Assembly: GCA_051294375.1 (NCBI GenBank)
Contig: CM119268.1
Coordinates: 22,101,640-22,154,077 of the forward strand
DNA from: Paraspadella gotoi
Lineage: Eukaryota; Animalia; Chaetognatha
Direction: 5' to 3'
Length of the DNA stretch: 52,438 bases
Shown here: positions 1-10,582 of the stretch, in pieces
Position numbering within the stretch: position 1 is the first letter of the stretch
Layout of the letters: every line of letters begins with the position of its first letter
Notes under the pieces: generated by a model
Told to the model about the DNA's origin: nothing
Databases searched by the model: none
The model's input: only the letters and a program-made list of their open reading frames with translations
Program-made: the position numbers and the translations under genes

Positions 1-150
1 AAGGAAGGAAGGAAGGAAAAAAAGAAGGAAGGAAGGAAAGAAGGAATAAAATAAGGAAGGAAGGAAAGAAGGAAGGAAAGAAGGAAGGAAGGAAGGAAGG
101 AAGTATGTAGAGAAAGCGAGAGGGAAAGGAAAAAGAAAGAAAGACGAAAA
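1..150. repeat. (GGAA)n-type purine microsatellite
   Basis: Imperfect AAGG/GGAA array at the window start. Confidence 0.95.
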
Positions 151-442
151 AGAGAGGAGAAATATCTCATCAAGATCTTAACGATACAGGAAAGAAATTA
201 TTCACGGAAGAAAGAGTGTAATTAGAAATATGGAAAAAAAAGTGGTCAGAACGTATAAGGTATCGCAAACGATAGCTTATTATTATATCTTAGGTCATTC
301 TTGTACATAAGTGTTATTAAATTCATGATCATGAAGGAAAAAGAGTTAACTTATTAGGGAAGAGAACAGGTTATTATTACGGGATTGCCAATTTCTTTTA
401 TTATTTCTCTATCTTAATAACGTCTTCAGTGATTTGTATATA

Positions 443-1053
443 CTATCTAGGAAAAAAGTTAGAAACATTTTTAATTGAGGATATCTACTCGAAAACTTGC
501 TCGATTTTTAAAAAATCAGGATGTTTCAGATTCTACACTAAATTTCCTTTCAGTTGCTTCCTTCCATTTTTTCGTAGATCCAACCGTATAGAAGTTAGAG
601 GCAAAATAAGATTGCTACCTCAAGTGAAAAATGGCGGAAAAAATCGCCTTTAGTTTTCCACAATTCTTGGTATTGAGTTATTTGTTTCTATTTCAAATTG
701 AGTTAGTTATTTTTTTCATTTTTTTAAATTTGGTTATGCCGAATAGACAGCCCCTCTCTTTGGTTCATAAAGGTGCAATTGAATCGCTTTGGTCGCAGAT
801 GAAAAAGATGCAAAGTCGAGAACGCGCAACATCAACATCGGGGCTGAAAAGAATTGCGCTAAAGGTGTGGAAAAACATTTCACCTTCGTACCTCAATTCG
901 CTTTACGAGAGCATGCCCAGACGAATGCAGGCAGTGGTCGATGCCGAGGGAGGGCATACCAAATATTGAGAATGTTTTACCCATGTTTTGTATATTTTTT
1001 ATTGAATAAATGAACTTTTAAAAAAAAATGTTTCTAACTTTTTTCCTAGATAG
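443..1053 (+). mobile_element. Non-autonomous (internally deleted) Tc1/mariner DNA transposon, copy 1
   Basis: Perfect 30-bp TIRs CTATCTAGGAAAAAAGTTAGAAACATTTTT (443-472; reverse complement 1024-1053). TA flanks at 441-442 and 1054-1055. Retains the transposase C-terminus. Confidence 0.93.
775..969 (+). pseudogene. Tc1-family transposase C-terminal remnant
   Basis: AIESLW...VWKNISPSYLNSLYESMPRRMQAVVDAEGGHTKY* matches the typical Tc1 end (IENLW...W..I...L..SMPRR..AVI...GG.TKY). The HTH and most of the DDE domain are missing. Confidence 0.9.
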
Positions 1054-1661
1054 TAAACATTGAACAAACTTATAACGAACTTTTAGTATTTTATGATTTA
1101 TCATATTTTGCAGAAAAATAATTTAACGAAACAACGGCTGCGCTCCGTTCTCGAGACCGGGAGGATTTGCGAAAAAGCTTCTTTTTTTTTACAATACTCG
1201 TATTCTGTTTAAATTTGAATTTAATTTAAAAAGTTACTTTAATTTTCTGTTCATTTCTTTTTTTTAATCGAACTGGAAGTCTGAACGCAGCTTACGGACA
1301 TCTAGCATCCAAAACACGAATCTTAGACAAAAGACGTTTCTGTATTAAAAAAAAACAAAGCGATATATTAAACTTTAAACTTTAATTTAAAGTTTATTGA
1401 AACAATTTAAGGCAAATTATGTCACGAAGTTTATTTATTATTTTATCAGAAAACGCCAAAAGTAACAATTTCGTAAAAATATAAAAGAGACAGGACCAGA
1501 GTTTATTTCTCAGAAATGAAAATTCATCCGCTATTTCTCAGAAATGAATTCAATCCGGTATTGCTCAGAATTGATCAAGTTTCCCTAAAATGTTGCTCAA
1601 CGTTCCCTCGCGCTTCAGTGTGACTCCACCTTTTATAAACTGAGAAACCGTAATCCTCCAG

Positions 1662-1818
1662 GAGAGTTACCTGATACCTTTCAGACAGCGAAAATGGCAT
1701 CTCTACAATATCTTCTCATGCGAATCTTTGGAAAAATTTTGGCAGAAAAATGGAAGCGCGAATTTTGACGAAGTTGAAGTTAAGAAGAAGATTCGTGATT
1801 TCGTCACCGCCATCTTGG
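1662..1818 (+). CDS. Gene A exon (first visible; upstream exons unresolved)
   Basis: Acceptor cctccag|1662 (alternative tttcag|1685), donor G|gtgagt at 1819. Reads ESYLIPFRQRKWHLYNIFSCESLEKFWQKNGSANFDEVEVKKKIRDFVTAIL. Its phase-1 end matches the next exon. Confidence 0.6.
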
Positions 1819-1864
1819 GTGAGTTAATCAGTATGGTGGACTAAAATCCACCAACCGTTCATCA

Positions 1865-1936
1865 GCGGCCATTGGTGCCGGAGGCAAGTCATTTGCCTCC
1901 CAACCCAAAGGTCTGGGGTTCTAGCCCGGTGGCCGC
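1865..1936 (+). mobile_element. tRNA-like (Gly-CCC-like) sequence, probably a SINE head or tRNA pseudogene, in a gene A intron
   Basis: 7-bp acceptor-like stem GCGGCCA/TGGCCGC, A-box-like TGGTGCCGGAGG, anticodon-arm-like TTTG-cctcccaacc-CAAA and B-box-like GGTTCTAGCC. Arms are imperfect. Confidence 0.55.
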
Positions 1937-2124
1937 CTGGCAATTAAGAGGGACGGGGCGCTTAACCCGCCAGTAACATGGTGTTACAGCCTGATCCGAA
2001 GCTCAGGGACTGCTTATATTGAACGGTTCTGTCATTAACACATATCAATAATTACTGTCTCTTCATCAGTAAGTTTTTGAGAAAAATGACGCCTTTACGT
2101 ATTGGTTTCCTCATCTGTCACCAT

Positions 2125-2318
2125 CAAAAACAACCATTCAAAATAATTGTGACCAGACTGTTTGGTACACAAAAAATGACAGTTAAAAAAACAACCATCA
2201 AAATAATTGTGACCAGACTGTTCGGTACACAAAAGATAGTTTAAAAAACAACCATTCAAAATAATTGTGACCAGACTTTTCGGTACAAAAAAGATGACAG
2301 TTTAAAAAACAACCAACA
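2125..2318. repeat. ~60-bp tandem repeat, about 3 copies
   Basis: Unit approximately AAAAACAACCATTCAAAATAATTGTGACCAGACTGTTYGGTACACAAAAGATGACAGTT. Confidence 0.9.
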
Positions 2319-2319
2319 G

Positions 2320-2664
2320 ACAGCGGCGCCATACCCAACGATCGGGACAATAACGACGCCGGCCGCGCCAATGTCGCCGCAAGAGACGGGGATTATTCAA
2401 CGGACAGCAGCCGCTCTCCTGATGTCACTGAGGACGTTGAGAATTCCAGCGACGCGGCCTCTGCCGCCCCCGCCCCCGCTGCCGCCACTTCCGCCGCCCC
2501 CACGCCCAACCTTCCTCCCAACCTGGCCTCTCAACTGGCGTCCACGTCGCCGCTTCAACTCTATTGTCTGAAAGACATGATCACTCTTCAAAACCCAGAG
2601 GTTTTCCCCAACGTTCCGGTCATCCTCGGCGCCTTTCGCGCCGCTTACCACGACGCCGGAAAAG
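2320..2664 (+). CDS. Gene A exon
   Basis: cag|...|gtacac, 345 nt, phase 1/1, open and GC-rich: DSGAIPNDRD...SPLQLYCLKDMITLQNPEVFPNVPVILGAFRAAYHDAGK. Confidence 0.75.
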
Positions 2665-2868
2665 GTACACGTGATCCAAGTGAATGGACGGGTTTAAACA
2701 GGCCAGAGACATTGGGCGATGACTGAGGGTCCGCTCTCCCACCGTTTCACATGTTCCATTTCGACTTATTCCTCTCCGTTAAATGATTCCATTTCCCTTC
2801 CACCGCCTTTCCTATCTCCCTCCACCCCCCCATCTCCCTCCACCCCCCCCCAACCCCCTCAACCCAAG

Positions 2869-3104
2869 TGGGCGCCCTCTTAGTCACCGACGCCCTTCTC
2901 GCCGACGAAACTCGCAGGCATGGGCGACTGGGGAAGGCGGCCGACGAGGCCGAGCGGGTCGTCGACCGCTTGGAGGAAGAGGAGTCGCTGCTGGAGGCGT
3001 CGGAAGCGCCCTTCGTCAAAGCGATCGTCCACAAGACCTTCGGGTTTTGTCTCAATCGATTGGACAAGTGGAAATACAAAGCGGAAGACGAGAAGAGAAT
3101 GAGG
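2869..3104 (+). CDS. Gene A exon
   Basis: C-rich tract + aag| acceptor, donor |gtgaga, phase 1/0. Reads VGALLVTDALLADETRR...KAIVHKTFGFCLNRLDKWKYKAEDEKRMR (helical). Confidence 0.75.
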
Positions 3105-3452
3105 GTGAGAAATATGGGAACTGGAAAGTTTGAAAGGAATAAATTAAGTAATTAAGCATTATACACTGTACAAAGTGTACATACTGTACAGGGGTGTTTA
3201 AAGAGTGACCAGTGACAACTAATTTGTGAGATTGATGCCTTGTTGTAAAAGATATGTGATTCACGGATTATATGGATTAAAGGTTTAAAAGTTTGCTGGA
3301 ACCACAAGAAATTAAATAATCGATAACTGTTTAATTAACATTTAAGATACTATTGTGGTAGACGATGCCGTAATATGCAAATGAGATTACAGAGTTCGTC
3401 AGTGAGAATTAGTGAACATGGGCGCTGAGGTGTTTGATGTTTCGAGACGCAG

Positions 3453-3725
3453 GAATTGCGACCCGAGCCCCTTTCTCCTCAGCTGGCGACGACTTACCTT
3501 GACGAGTTTCGGCTTCACAACACATCATCTCTCTCCGATTCTGTTTACTATTATCAACGGATCAGCGTCTTGCGTCAACGCTCCTTCCAATCCAGTCGCG
3601 CCCGTGGCCGTCCGCCGGACGTCACCGCCGTCGCCGCCCTCAGGGTTTTCAAAGAGTGGGACGTTTTCTTGGAGGAGTTGACGGAAATCTTTGGGGTGCA
3701 CGAGATCGTTGCTTTCGCTTACAAG
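3453..3725 (+). CDS. Gene A exon
   Basis: cgcag|...|gtcgaa, 273 nt, phase 0/0. Reads ELRPEPLSPQLATTYLDEF...FLEELTEIFGVHEIVAFAYK. Confidence 0.7.
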
Positions 3726-4289
3726 GTCGAAGAAAGTTATAAATTTGGATTAAATCAAAATTCTACAAGTCAGGAATAGAAAATATTATTGTAATATATT
3801 TTTTTTTTCAATTTTGAAATTTATGCATTGAGCTCGCACCTCGGCCTCCATGGCCCTCACCCTAAACCTAATCCATTCCCTCGGCTCGCGACATCGCCAG
3901 CTGGCCTCCCGCTCAACCCCATCCCTAAACCGGGCCCCGATCCAAACCCTAACCCGAACCAGTTTCCCCGGCTCACGACATCAGCGAGTCACATACCTAG
4001 CCCTATCCTTAACCCGGGCCTCCTGTCTTTTGCCAAGCCAAAACCCTAACCTTTGCGTCACCAGAAATTCTCATTTAATTTTTCCAAAGGAACGAGGCAA
4101 CTGTTGCCTCGATTTCAAACGCGACGCCGACGCCGCTTCCTCATTCAGGTCAGCGATGGCAAACAGACGACCTGGCAACGACAATCTGAGAGTTGCAAAG
4201 GTTCGTATCAAACTCAAACTGATTGAATTATTGATTGATTGATTCATTCTTCTATTAGTTCGATCATGGATTTGTTTCTTCAATTCAAA

Positions 4290-4415
4290 CATTCATCGAT
4301 AGGGAAGCTATGTACTCTGTTAGTGAATAAACGAGACTGTGAGACTGTGAGACTGTGAGAGAGACTTGATTGAGAACTTGCAGGGTCCTTCTTTGTAAGA
4401 GGGATGGAGGTCCAA
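4290..4415 (-). repeat. Unclassified dispersed repeat, opposite orientation to the copies at ~42873-42983 and ~46296-46403
   Basis: Shared blocks CCTCCATC.CTCTTACAA, CCCTGCAAG, TCAAG.CTCACAGTCTCGTT.ATTC and CTATC.ATGAA. Confidence 0.65.
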
Positions 4416-4527
4416 AGTGAGAAGACGAGATAGCTTATATATTTATTGAATGGATAATTTTTGTATTGTTTGTACTAATTTCAAAAATCGTCAGAGTCCA
4501 AATAAGCGCCCCCCCCCCTTTCCTCAG

Positions 4528-4683
4528 ATACTCCAGCAGTGGGGCATCGCGCTGATGAACCTCAATGATCATTCCGCTTTTGAGAAGTTCGACGAAGCGT
4601 TGGACATTTGCGAAGGTCGGGACGAAGTCCTGGCGGACAGCGTCAGGAAATACATCGAAGAAGCGGAGAAGATTCTGAAATAA
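4528..4683 (+). CDS. Gene A terminal exon; TPR-like helical C-terminus, uncharacterised protein
   Basis: cctttcctcag| acceptor, phase 0. Reads ILQQWGIALMNLNDHSAFEKFDEALDICEGRDEVLADSVRKYIEEAEKILK*. The G.A.....A...F..AL pattern resembles a TPR. Confidence 0.75.
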   Translation: MLQQWGIALMNLNDHSAFEKFDEALDICEGRDEVLADSVRKYIEEAEKILK

Positions 4684-4969
4684 AATTATAAAATTAATTT
4701 ATTTATATGCTTGAGGGAGGCGCCATTAGCCGAGCGAAGTTGTAATCCGCCTCCTCCAGCCCGATTGAGCCGAGCCGAGGGATTTTCGGAGCGACTTCGC
4801 TTCCCACCGCTCTCGGGATTTCTCTGCGCTTTTATTTACTCTAATAATACCTTCTTCTTTTCACATACTCTACTTATCAGATCGTCAGTTCGTCAGTTTC
4901 GCTTTGTTTTCAAAAAGCGCCCGATTTCCGTACCTAAAATGCTAAACTTAATTTTAACCTCAATATTTA

Positions 4970-5126
4970 TGTATAAACTTTCGATTTTCGTTGTTTTTGG
5001 GCATTAGGAGAAAAACAATTTTTAAAGCACTGATGAAGACTCTAAAATGCAGAGTCGAAACATGTCTGTCAAAAAACTGTCATAAAGTTCGTTGTCAAAA
5101 CAAATAAAAATTGTTTTTCTCCTAAA
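4970..5126 (+). mobile_element. Truncated Penelope-like element (PLE) pseudo-LTR with inverted segment and tail
   Basis: 14-bp TSD AACCTCAATATTTA (4956-4969, 5127-5140). Perfect 20-bp inverted repeat 5004-5023/5106-5125. 34-nt inverted extension 4970-5003. Hammerhead motif present; AATAAA at 5103. Confidence 0.8.
5027..5069 (+). ncRNA. Minimal type I hammerhead ribozyme motif
   Basis: GCA-CTGATGA-A-GACTCT[aaaatgc]AGAGTC-GAAA-CATG-TC-TGT: intact core, 6-bp stem II, palindromic CATG stem III, GUC triplet at 5064-5066, 3-bp stem I. Confidence 0.8.
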
Positions 5127-5805
5127 AACCTCAATATTTAAAATTAAATTTGTAAATAGTTTTTTAACTCAATCCTTAACCCAAACAAAGTTTTTAATTT
5201 TTAACTCTAAACCCTAACCGAAACTTAATCCCTAATCCCTAACCTTGACCGTAAACCTAATTTTTATATCTAATCAACTTTAATTTGAGCTGAAATGGGT
5301 CGCTTTTGGAAAACATGGCCATAGCGGTTGCTCTAAATATGTTTTATGCAGTATCCAACTTTCAACATAGGAATATAAAGATTGTATTCTACTGATTAAA
5401 TATTTGTTTGATTCATTTAAAATTCCTTCCATTGATTTTGTTTTACTGACCTAATTGTACCTGTTTTTAACCATTTAACAAACGAGCTATTACAAATTTG
5501 CTTTTAACACAATCAGAATGACTTCAATTTTACCAGTTACCGTTCTGTTTTGTTTTGTTTTGTTTCATTAGTGGAGTTAGCAAAACGGAGTCTCTTCATT
5601 TGAAGTCGCATTACTTTTTTAACTTTCGTTGCCTCTGTATGAGAATTCTTAAATGATATAATTAAAATTTTATTTGAGCATGAGACCGTCACATTGTCGA
5701 CGTTGATGCTTTGTTACTTTCGTGGGTATTGATTTTTATTTTCGGTTTTCATTAAAATTCGAGCTCGTAACAATTCTAAGAATTGACTTCAATCGTTTTT
5801 CGATG

Positions 5806-5844
<39 letters not shown>

Positions 5845-6038
5845 AATAAAATTAAGTCTTAACATTTAATTTAACGAAATAAAAAAAACTGTTTAATAAC
5901 GTGAACATCATCACTGAGAGGATAGATATCACTAGAAAGAGAATACATATCACTAAGAGGAAAGATAGGCAACGCCATTTAATTTGGTTTGTAACAATCA
6001 TCCAGAAGTCGGTTGAGAAAATTGCTTTCAAATCATTG

Positions 6039-6288
6039 CTTGATAATCTCCGCATCACTGCTTGATAATCTCCGCATCACTGCTTGATAATCTCCGCATC
6101 ACTGCTTGATAATCTCCGCATCACTGCTTGATAATCTCCGCATCACTGCTTGATAATCTCCGCATCACTGCTTGATAATCTCCGCATCACTGCTTGATAA
6201 TCTCCGCATCACTGCTTGATAATCTCCGCATCACTGCTTGATAATCTCCGCATCACTGCTTGATAATCTCCGCATCACTGCTTGATAA
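6039..6288. repeat. Perfect 22-bp minisatellite, 11 copies
   Basis: Unit CTTGATAATCTCCGCATCACTG repeated identically. Confidence 0.97.
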
Positions 6289-6566
6289 AATTTTTATTTT
6301 TTGGTTTCGATTCGTTGCTTGTTAAATCGCTCTTTTGCTTTTTACCCGATTTCCTACAATCACTGCTTTTGATGTCTACCTCGTTGCTTGATAAAACCAC
6401 TGCTTCACTGCTTGATAGATTGCTTCTTTTGCTTGCTTCTGATAGATTGCGGGCGAAGAAAGAGAGAGAGTGAGAGAAAGAGAGAGAGAGAGAGAGTCAA
6501 GAGGTTTCACCGGAAGTTGTTAAACTTGGAGATTACGTTTCTGCGACGAAGGCGACGCAGACGAAA

Positions 6567-6640
6567 GGCCTTTCGGTGGCGGGATTGGGAGATGGCGTGG
6601 ATCGCGACGACGAAGGTGCCGGGTTCGATCCTTGGTTACG
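6567..6640 (+). mobile_element. Degenerate tRNA-derived SINE-like head
   Basis: A-box-like TGGCGGGATTGG and a perfect B-box GGTTCGATCC. No complete cloverleaf. Confidence 0.35.
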
Positions 6641-6729
6641 GTTGGATGTTTATGGGAAGAAAAATAGGTAAATGCAATTATAAATGAAGACAGAGAGCGA
6701 AACAAACAAAGATAAAAAAAACTATTTAA

Positions 6730-7085
6730 CAGGATTGCAATGACTTTTGCCGCAGTGATTTTCTTATCATGTGAATTTCCTGGTGATCACTCAATTACTG
6801 TGATAGTAAAAAATCATGCAGGGGCAGGGCAAATGAGCGTTCAACATGCCCTGCCTCGGAATTCCGTCTTTTATTCTTTTTTTTTTCAAAAACAAAAGGT
6901 AGCGCTAGTAGTCGCTTAGTTCGATGTTTTTTCCGTCTTAACAAAAATAACAAAAGAGCAACAAAAAGTTAGAGAGCATTCATAAGCATTTGAAACGTTA
7001 GTGGAACAGATCGACCGACCGACCAAAGAGTTATTGAGTTATTGAGTTATTGAGTTGCTCCGCGAGTACTCGCGGCGCAAAAAGA
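6730..7085 (+). mobile_element. DINE-1/Helentron-like non-autonomous element, copy 1
   Basis: 5' TTTGCCGCAG, core ...TTTTATTC...GCGCTAGTAGTC.CTTAG..., GACC microsatellite, 3' palindrome TTGCTCCGCGAGT-ACTCGCGGCGCAA. Four other copies lie in the window. Confidence 0.6.
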
Positions 7086-7384
7086 GAATTGCGTACGAGA
7101 TTGTAAACAACAACAAGAACAACAACAACAACAACAACTCCCAAACTCCGAGTTTGTCGACTTCATTTGAATTTCAAGAAGAGACCCTCGACCCGCCCCC
7201 TCCTACCCTTCCTCCTCTTCCTCCTCCTCCTCTTCATCTTCCTCCTGCTCCTCCTCAGTGCCATCTTCTTTGTCTTTTCTTTCTTCCTCAGATTGAATAG
7301 ACTTTTGCTTAAACTTTATATCTCCCGCCCAGAAACACCGATTGTTCTTTATTGTCCCTTTACTACTTGTGAATGTCGATGTTG

Positions 7385-7490
<106 letters not shown>

Positions 7491-8847
7491 TTTTCATTAT
7501 TTACTTTTCGTTTTAATTAAAAGGATTAGATTCTATTTTTGTTCGGACAATCCGTTCGTTTTTTGTTCTTTTGTTTCATCGACAAATCGTCGTCGTTTTC
7601 GTCGTCGTCGTCAACAAATAAGGATTCAGGATCGAAGCAAAATAATGAAGAAAAAAAAAACAAAAAACCATTTTGTCATTTTAGTTCTTAAATTAATTAA
7701 TAATTTATCTACTATCTACAGATCCTTTATTCAAAATTATAAAATAATGAATCAGAAAGTAAGAAATGGGTCCAAGCTACTATTTTAAATCCAAGTATCA
7801 GATTAATTTCTCTCCTCTTCCTTATTTAACCAAAGTCTCTTTGACTCATAGAGAGATTATGAAACCCAGACACCTTAACCGTTGACACCTGACCTCTGAC
7901 CTCTGACCCAAAATGACCCCCGACCCCGGACCTCTTGACTCGTAACCCCTGCAGGGCTTGCACTCATCAAGACGACGACGACAGAAAAAAACATTCTAAA
8001 CAACAACAACAGCAACAACAACAAATAGAAACAACGACAGGAAACTGCACCCTCTACATTTCTCGTGTCAATCAGTCTGTTTTAAGATCGCCTGACCCGA
8101 ATTTGACCATCGCCTGACCTCAACCCATTTATCGCCTGACCCTCAATTCGATTCTTCATTCCTATCGGTCGACGTTTTGTTTCTCATCGCCCGATAGGTC
8201 AGTTTCATCGTCCAATCAAATCTCTGATCGGTCCACCCTTTCCTTCCATCTAATCGCTGATTGGTCAATTCAGGTTTTCCTTTTTCTCTTTTTCTATTTT
8301 GACGACGAAGAAGAAGCGACACGATTCCGTTACATGGGCGACGAGGCGTCCAAAGAGCCGAGTGTTTCCCCTTCCCCGGGGGATTTTTGGGAGATTTTCC
8401 CGGGGAAAACGAAAGAGGAAATCCTCGAGAATTGGGGCCAAAATAATGGGACAATGACCCGCGGAAGAAAAATTTGGGAAAAATAACGTTTTTTCTTGGA
8501 ATGATATTTTTCGTATTTATTTGGATTGTTAAAATATAAAAAAGATATCTGCTGAATTTTAATATTACTTTACGTATTACTTTGCAAAAAAGATGATGAA
8601 TTGCGAATTTTAAAAAATGACTTTTCCAAAAATTACAAATTCTAAAAATTAGAGGTGAGAAAAATTAAAGGTGAGAAAGACGTGATTTCTTTTTATTCAT
8701 CATTTTAAATATGTTTTAAAATTATAACGCTAATTTTTAATTTTTAATACTAAACAAACATATCCTATTTTAATTTTATGAAATTGTTACAACCAGTGTA
8801 AAGATTATCCACTACTTCAATAAATTTATAATAACCTGCCCTCCCAA

Positions 8848-9130
8848 TGGCCCTATTTTCGCAAAGCGCCCCATTTCATTTTAAATTCGAAATTAAGCTA
8901 TGTTTTAGGTTTAAATATTAAGATAAGAATTAGGTTAAAATTAGAGATTAGGGTTAGGGATTAGTGTTAGAGACTAAGGTTTAAAGCTTAAGGGTTAGGG
9001 TTAGGGGTTAGGGTTAGGGTTAGGGTTAGGGTTAGGGTTGAATCCGGGTGAAATCCGTTGTTTCCTATTACATCCGTTGTTTCCTATTACAACCGTTGTT
9101 TCCTATTACAACCGTTGTTTCCTATTACAT
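8848..9130. repeat. MITE-like terminus followed by interstitial (TTAGGG)n (~8990-9039) and a ~19-bp tandem repeat x4
   Basis: GGCCCTATTTTCGCAAAGCGCCCCATTTC terminus, about 8 TTAGGG units, then CCGTTGTTTCCTATTACA units. Confidence 0.75.
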
Positions 9131-9251
9131 CCTCTCAGCCAAAACGTACGACCTTTATGTCGTTTTTATATTCAATAAAGCGACAAGTATTATTTTTCTT
9201 TTCAATTACATCCTCATCAGGTCGAAGACCCGTATGTAATTGTTTTGCGAA

Positions 9252-9384
9252 ATGACAAAACGGGTGGCAACGACTTTTCGACTTCCGTCCGTCTTTTTCA
9301 TCGTCGTCGTCGTCGTCGTCTTCGTCGTCGTCGATTTGTTGTCGTCGACTGTAAACGCGGACATCGCTACTGTCGAGGGAACAA
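9252..9384 (+). CDS. Gene B exon 1: signal peptide
   Basis: ATG at 9252; MTKRVATTFRLPSVFFIVVVVVVFVVVDLLSSTVNA-DIATVEGT (n/h/c regions, VNA cleavage motif). Donor A|gtaagc, phase 1. Confidence 0.75.
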
Positions 9385-9389
9385 GTAAG

Positions 9390-9474
<85 letters not shown>

Positions 9475-9587
9475 ACTTTCTCTCTTTCCTTTTCTTAGCA
9501 TTCGTTTGATCTTAGGTTTAATTAGCAAACTTGATTAGCGAACGAAGTTATAATGTTTATTTCTGCTTTGTCTGTTTCTTTTTTCTG

Positions 9588-9653
<66 letters not shown>

Positions 9654-9720
9654 ATTTAACCATTGAATGCCTGGAAGATAGATCGCCAAAGTTTCCGCTG
9701 GCGAATGGGGTTATGTTCAG
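9654..9720 (+). CDS. Gene B exon 2: ZP-N start (one apparent 1-bp deletion)
   Basis: (CT)n cag| acceptor, cag|gttgga donor. Restoring one base near 9681 gives NLTIECLEDxIAKVSAGEWGYVQ and the phase-0 end the next exon requires. Confidence 0.65.
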
Positions 9721-9995
9721 GTTGGAATTGACGTAACTCCTTAATCATTTAAGCTAATTTTAACCCTAATATTTAACGCTAATCTGCTACCAAGCTTTAT
9801 TACTCAAACCTAAACCTAATCCATAATGCTCAATCATAACCCTAATCCCTAACCTAATCCTAATCCTAACAAACTGTAACCTAATAACTGTAACCAAACT
9901 ATATTTCCGATTTAGGATAAAATGGTGAGCTTTAAAAAAATAAGGTAAATAAGTAAGTTCTTTTTCTTTAACTTAATATTTTCTTCACCTCCCAG

Positions 9996-10100
9996 GTGGG
10001 CGTTGGTCCGCGTGACTCACTAAAGTTAGAATGCAAGAGCCAAAGTGAAACCGTCACTACTGTGACTTTCAGTCTCAAGGAACAACAATGCGACACTAAG
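9996..10100 (+). CDS. Gene B exon 3: ZP-N middle
   Basis: cccag|...|gtgaga, 105 nt, phase 0/0: VGVGPRDSLKLECKSQSETVTTVTFSLKEQQCDTK. Confidence 0.8.
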
Positions 10101-10439
10101 GTGAGAGTGGAGCTGGAAGGACAACCAGTGAGGGTTATATTTAAAGATTTTGAATCTTGGTTGGGGGGATGACACAAAATATGAGATTGAAGTGAAAGGG
10201 AAACAGTGAAGTAATAAGAAAATCTCACTTTCTCACTTCTCTCTCATCTCTCTATTTCCTCTTTCCTCCCCACCTCTCTTTCCTTTCTCACTTCTCTTTC
10301 ACCTCTCTGTTCCCTCTTTCCTCCCCACCTCTCTTTCCTTTCTCACTTCTCTCTCACCTCTCTGTTCCCTCTTTCCTCCCCACCTCTCTTTCCTTTCTCA
10401 CTTCTCTCTCACCTCTCTATTCCCTCTTCCCCCTTTCAG

Positions 10440-10582
10440 TTCGAAGGGGCATCCATTACCTACTCCTTCATCATCATAGCTCAACGTCTCTTCGGTTTAG
10501 ACACGAGCGACGATCGACAGTACAACGTCGACTGCGTTTATAACTACACCGGAACTGGGATCGGATCTGGCAACAATATTGT
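10440..10582 (+). CDS. Gene B exon 4: ZP-N end
   Basis: tttcag|...|gtaagc. Reads FEGASITYSFIIIAQRLFGLDTSDDRQYNVDCVYNYTG, matching the cuticlin/ZP-N pattern Y...IIxQ.....T..DR.Y.V.C.Y. Four Cys across exons 2-4. Confidence 0.85.

Larger units (their letters stand above)
4900..5320. mobile_element. MITE-like element with imperfect TIRs and telomere-like (CCCTAA) interior, interrupted by a Penelope-like insertion
   Basis: Ends TGTTTTCAAAAAGCGCCCGATTTC and GAAATGGGTCGCTTTTGGAAAACA are near-inverted. Similar termini occur at ~8848 and 32048-32754. Confidence 0.6.

Noticed and set aside
6039-6288. CRISPR-like regular repeat
   Set aside because: Units are head-to-tail with no spacers, there are no cas genes, and the context is eukaryotic.
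7180-7380. Minus-strand Glu-rich exon candidate (IQSEEERKDKEDGTEEEQEE...)
   Set aside because: Mostly a GAG/GAA triplet run with no convincing acceptor or partner exons.
8990-9039. True telomere or chromosome end
   Set aside because: Only about 8 units, internal, and attached to a dispersed repeat terminus.
9185-9220. Other CTGANGA heptamers as hammerheads (here, ~1860, ~2065, ~18738, ~44318)
   Set aside because: No paired stem II followed by GAAA and a cleavage triplet.
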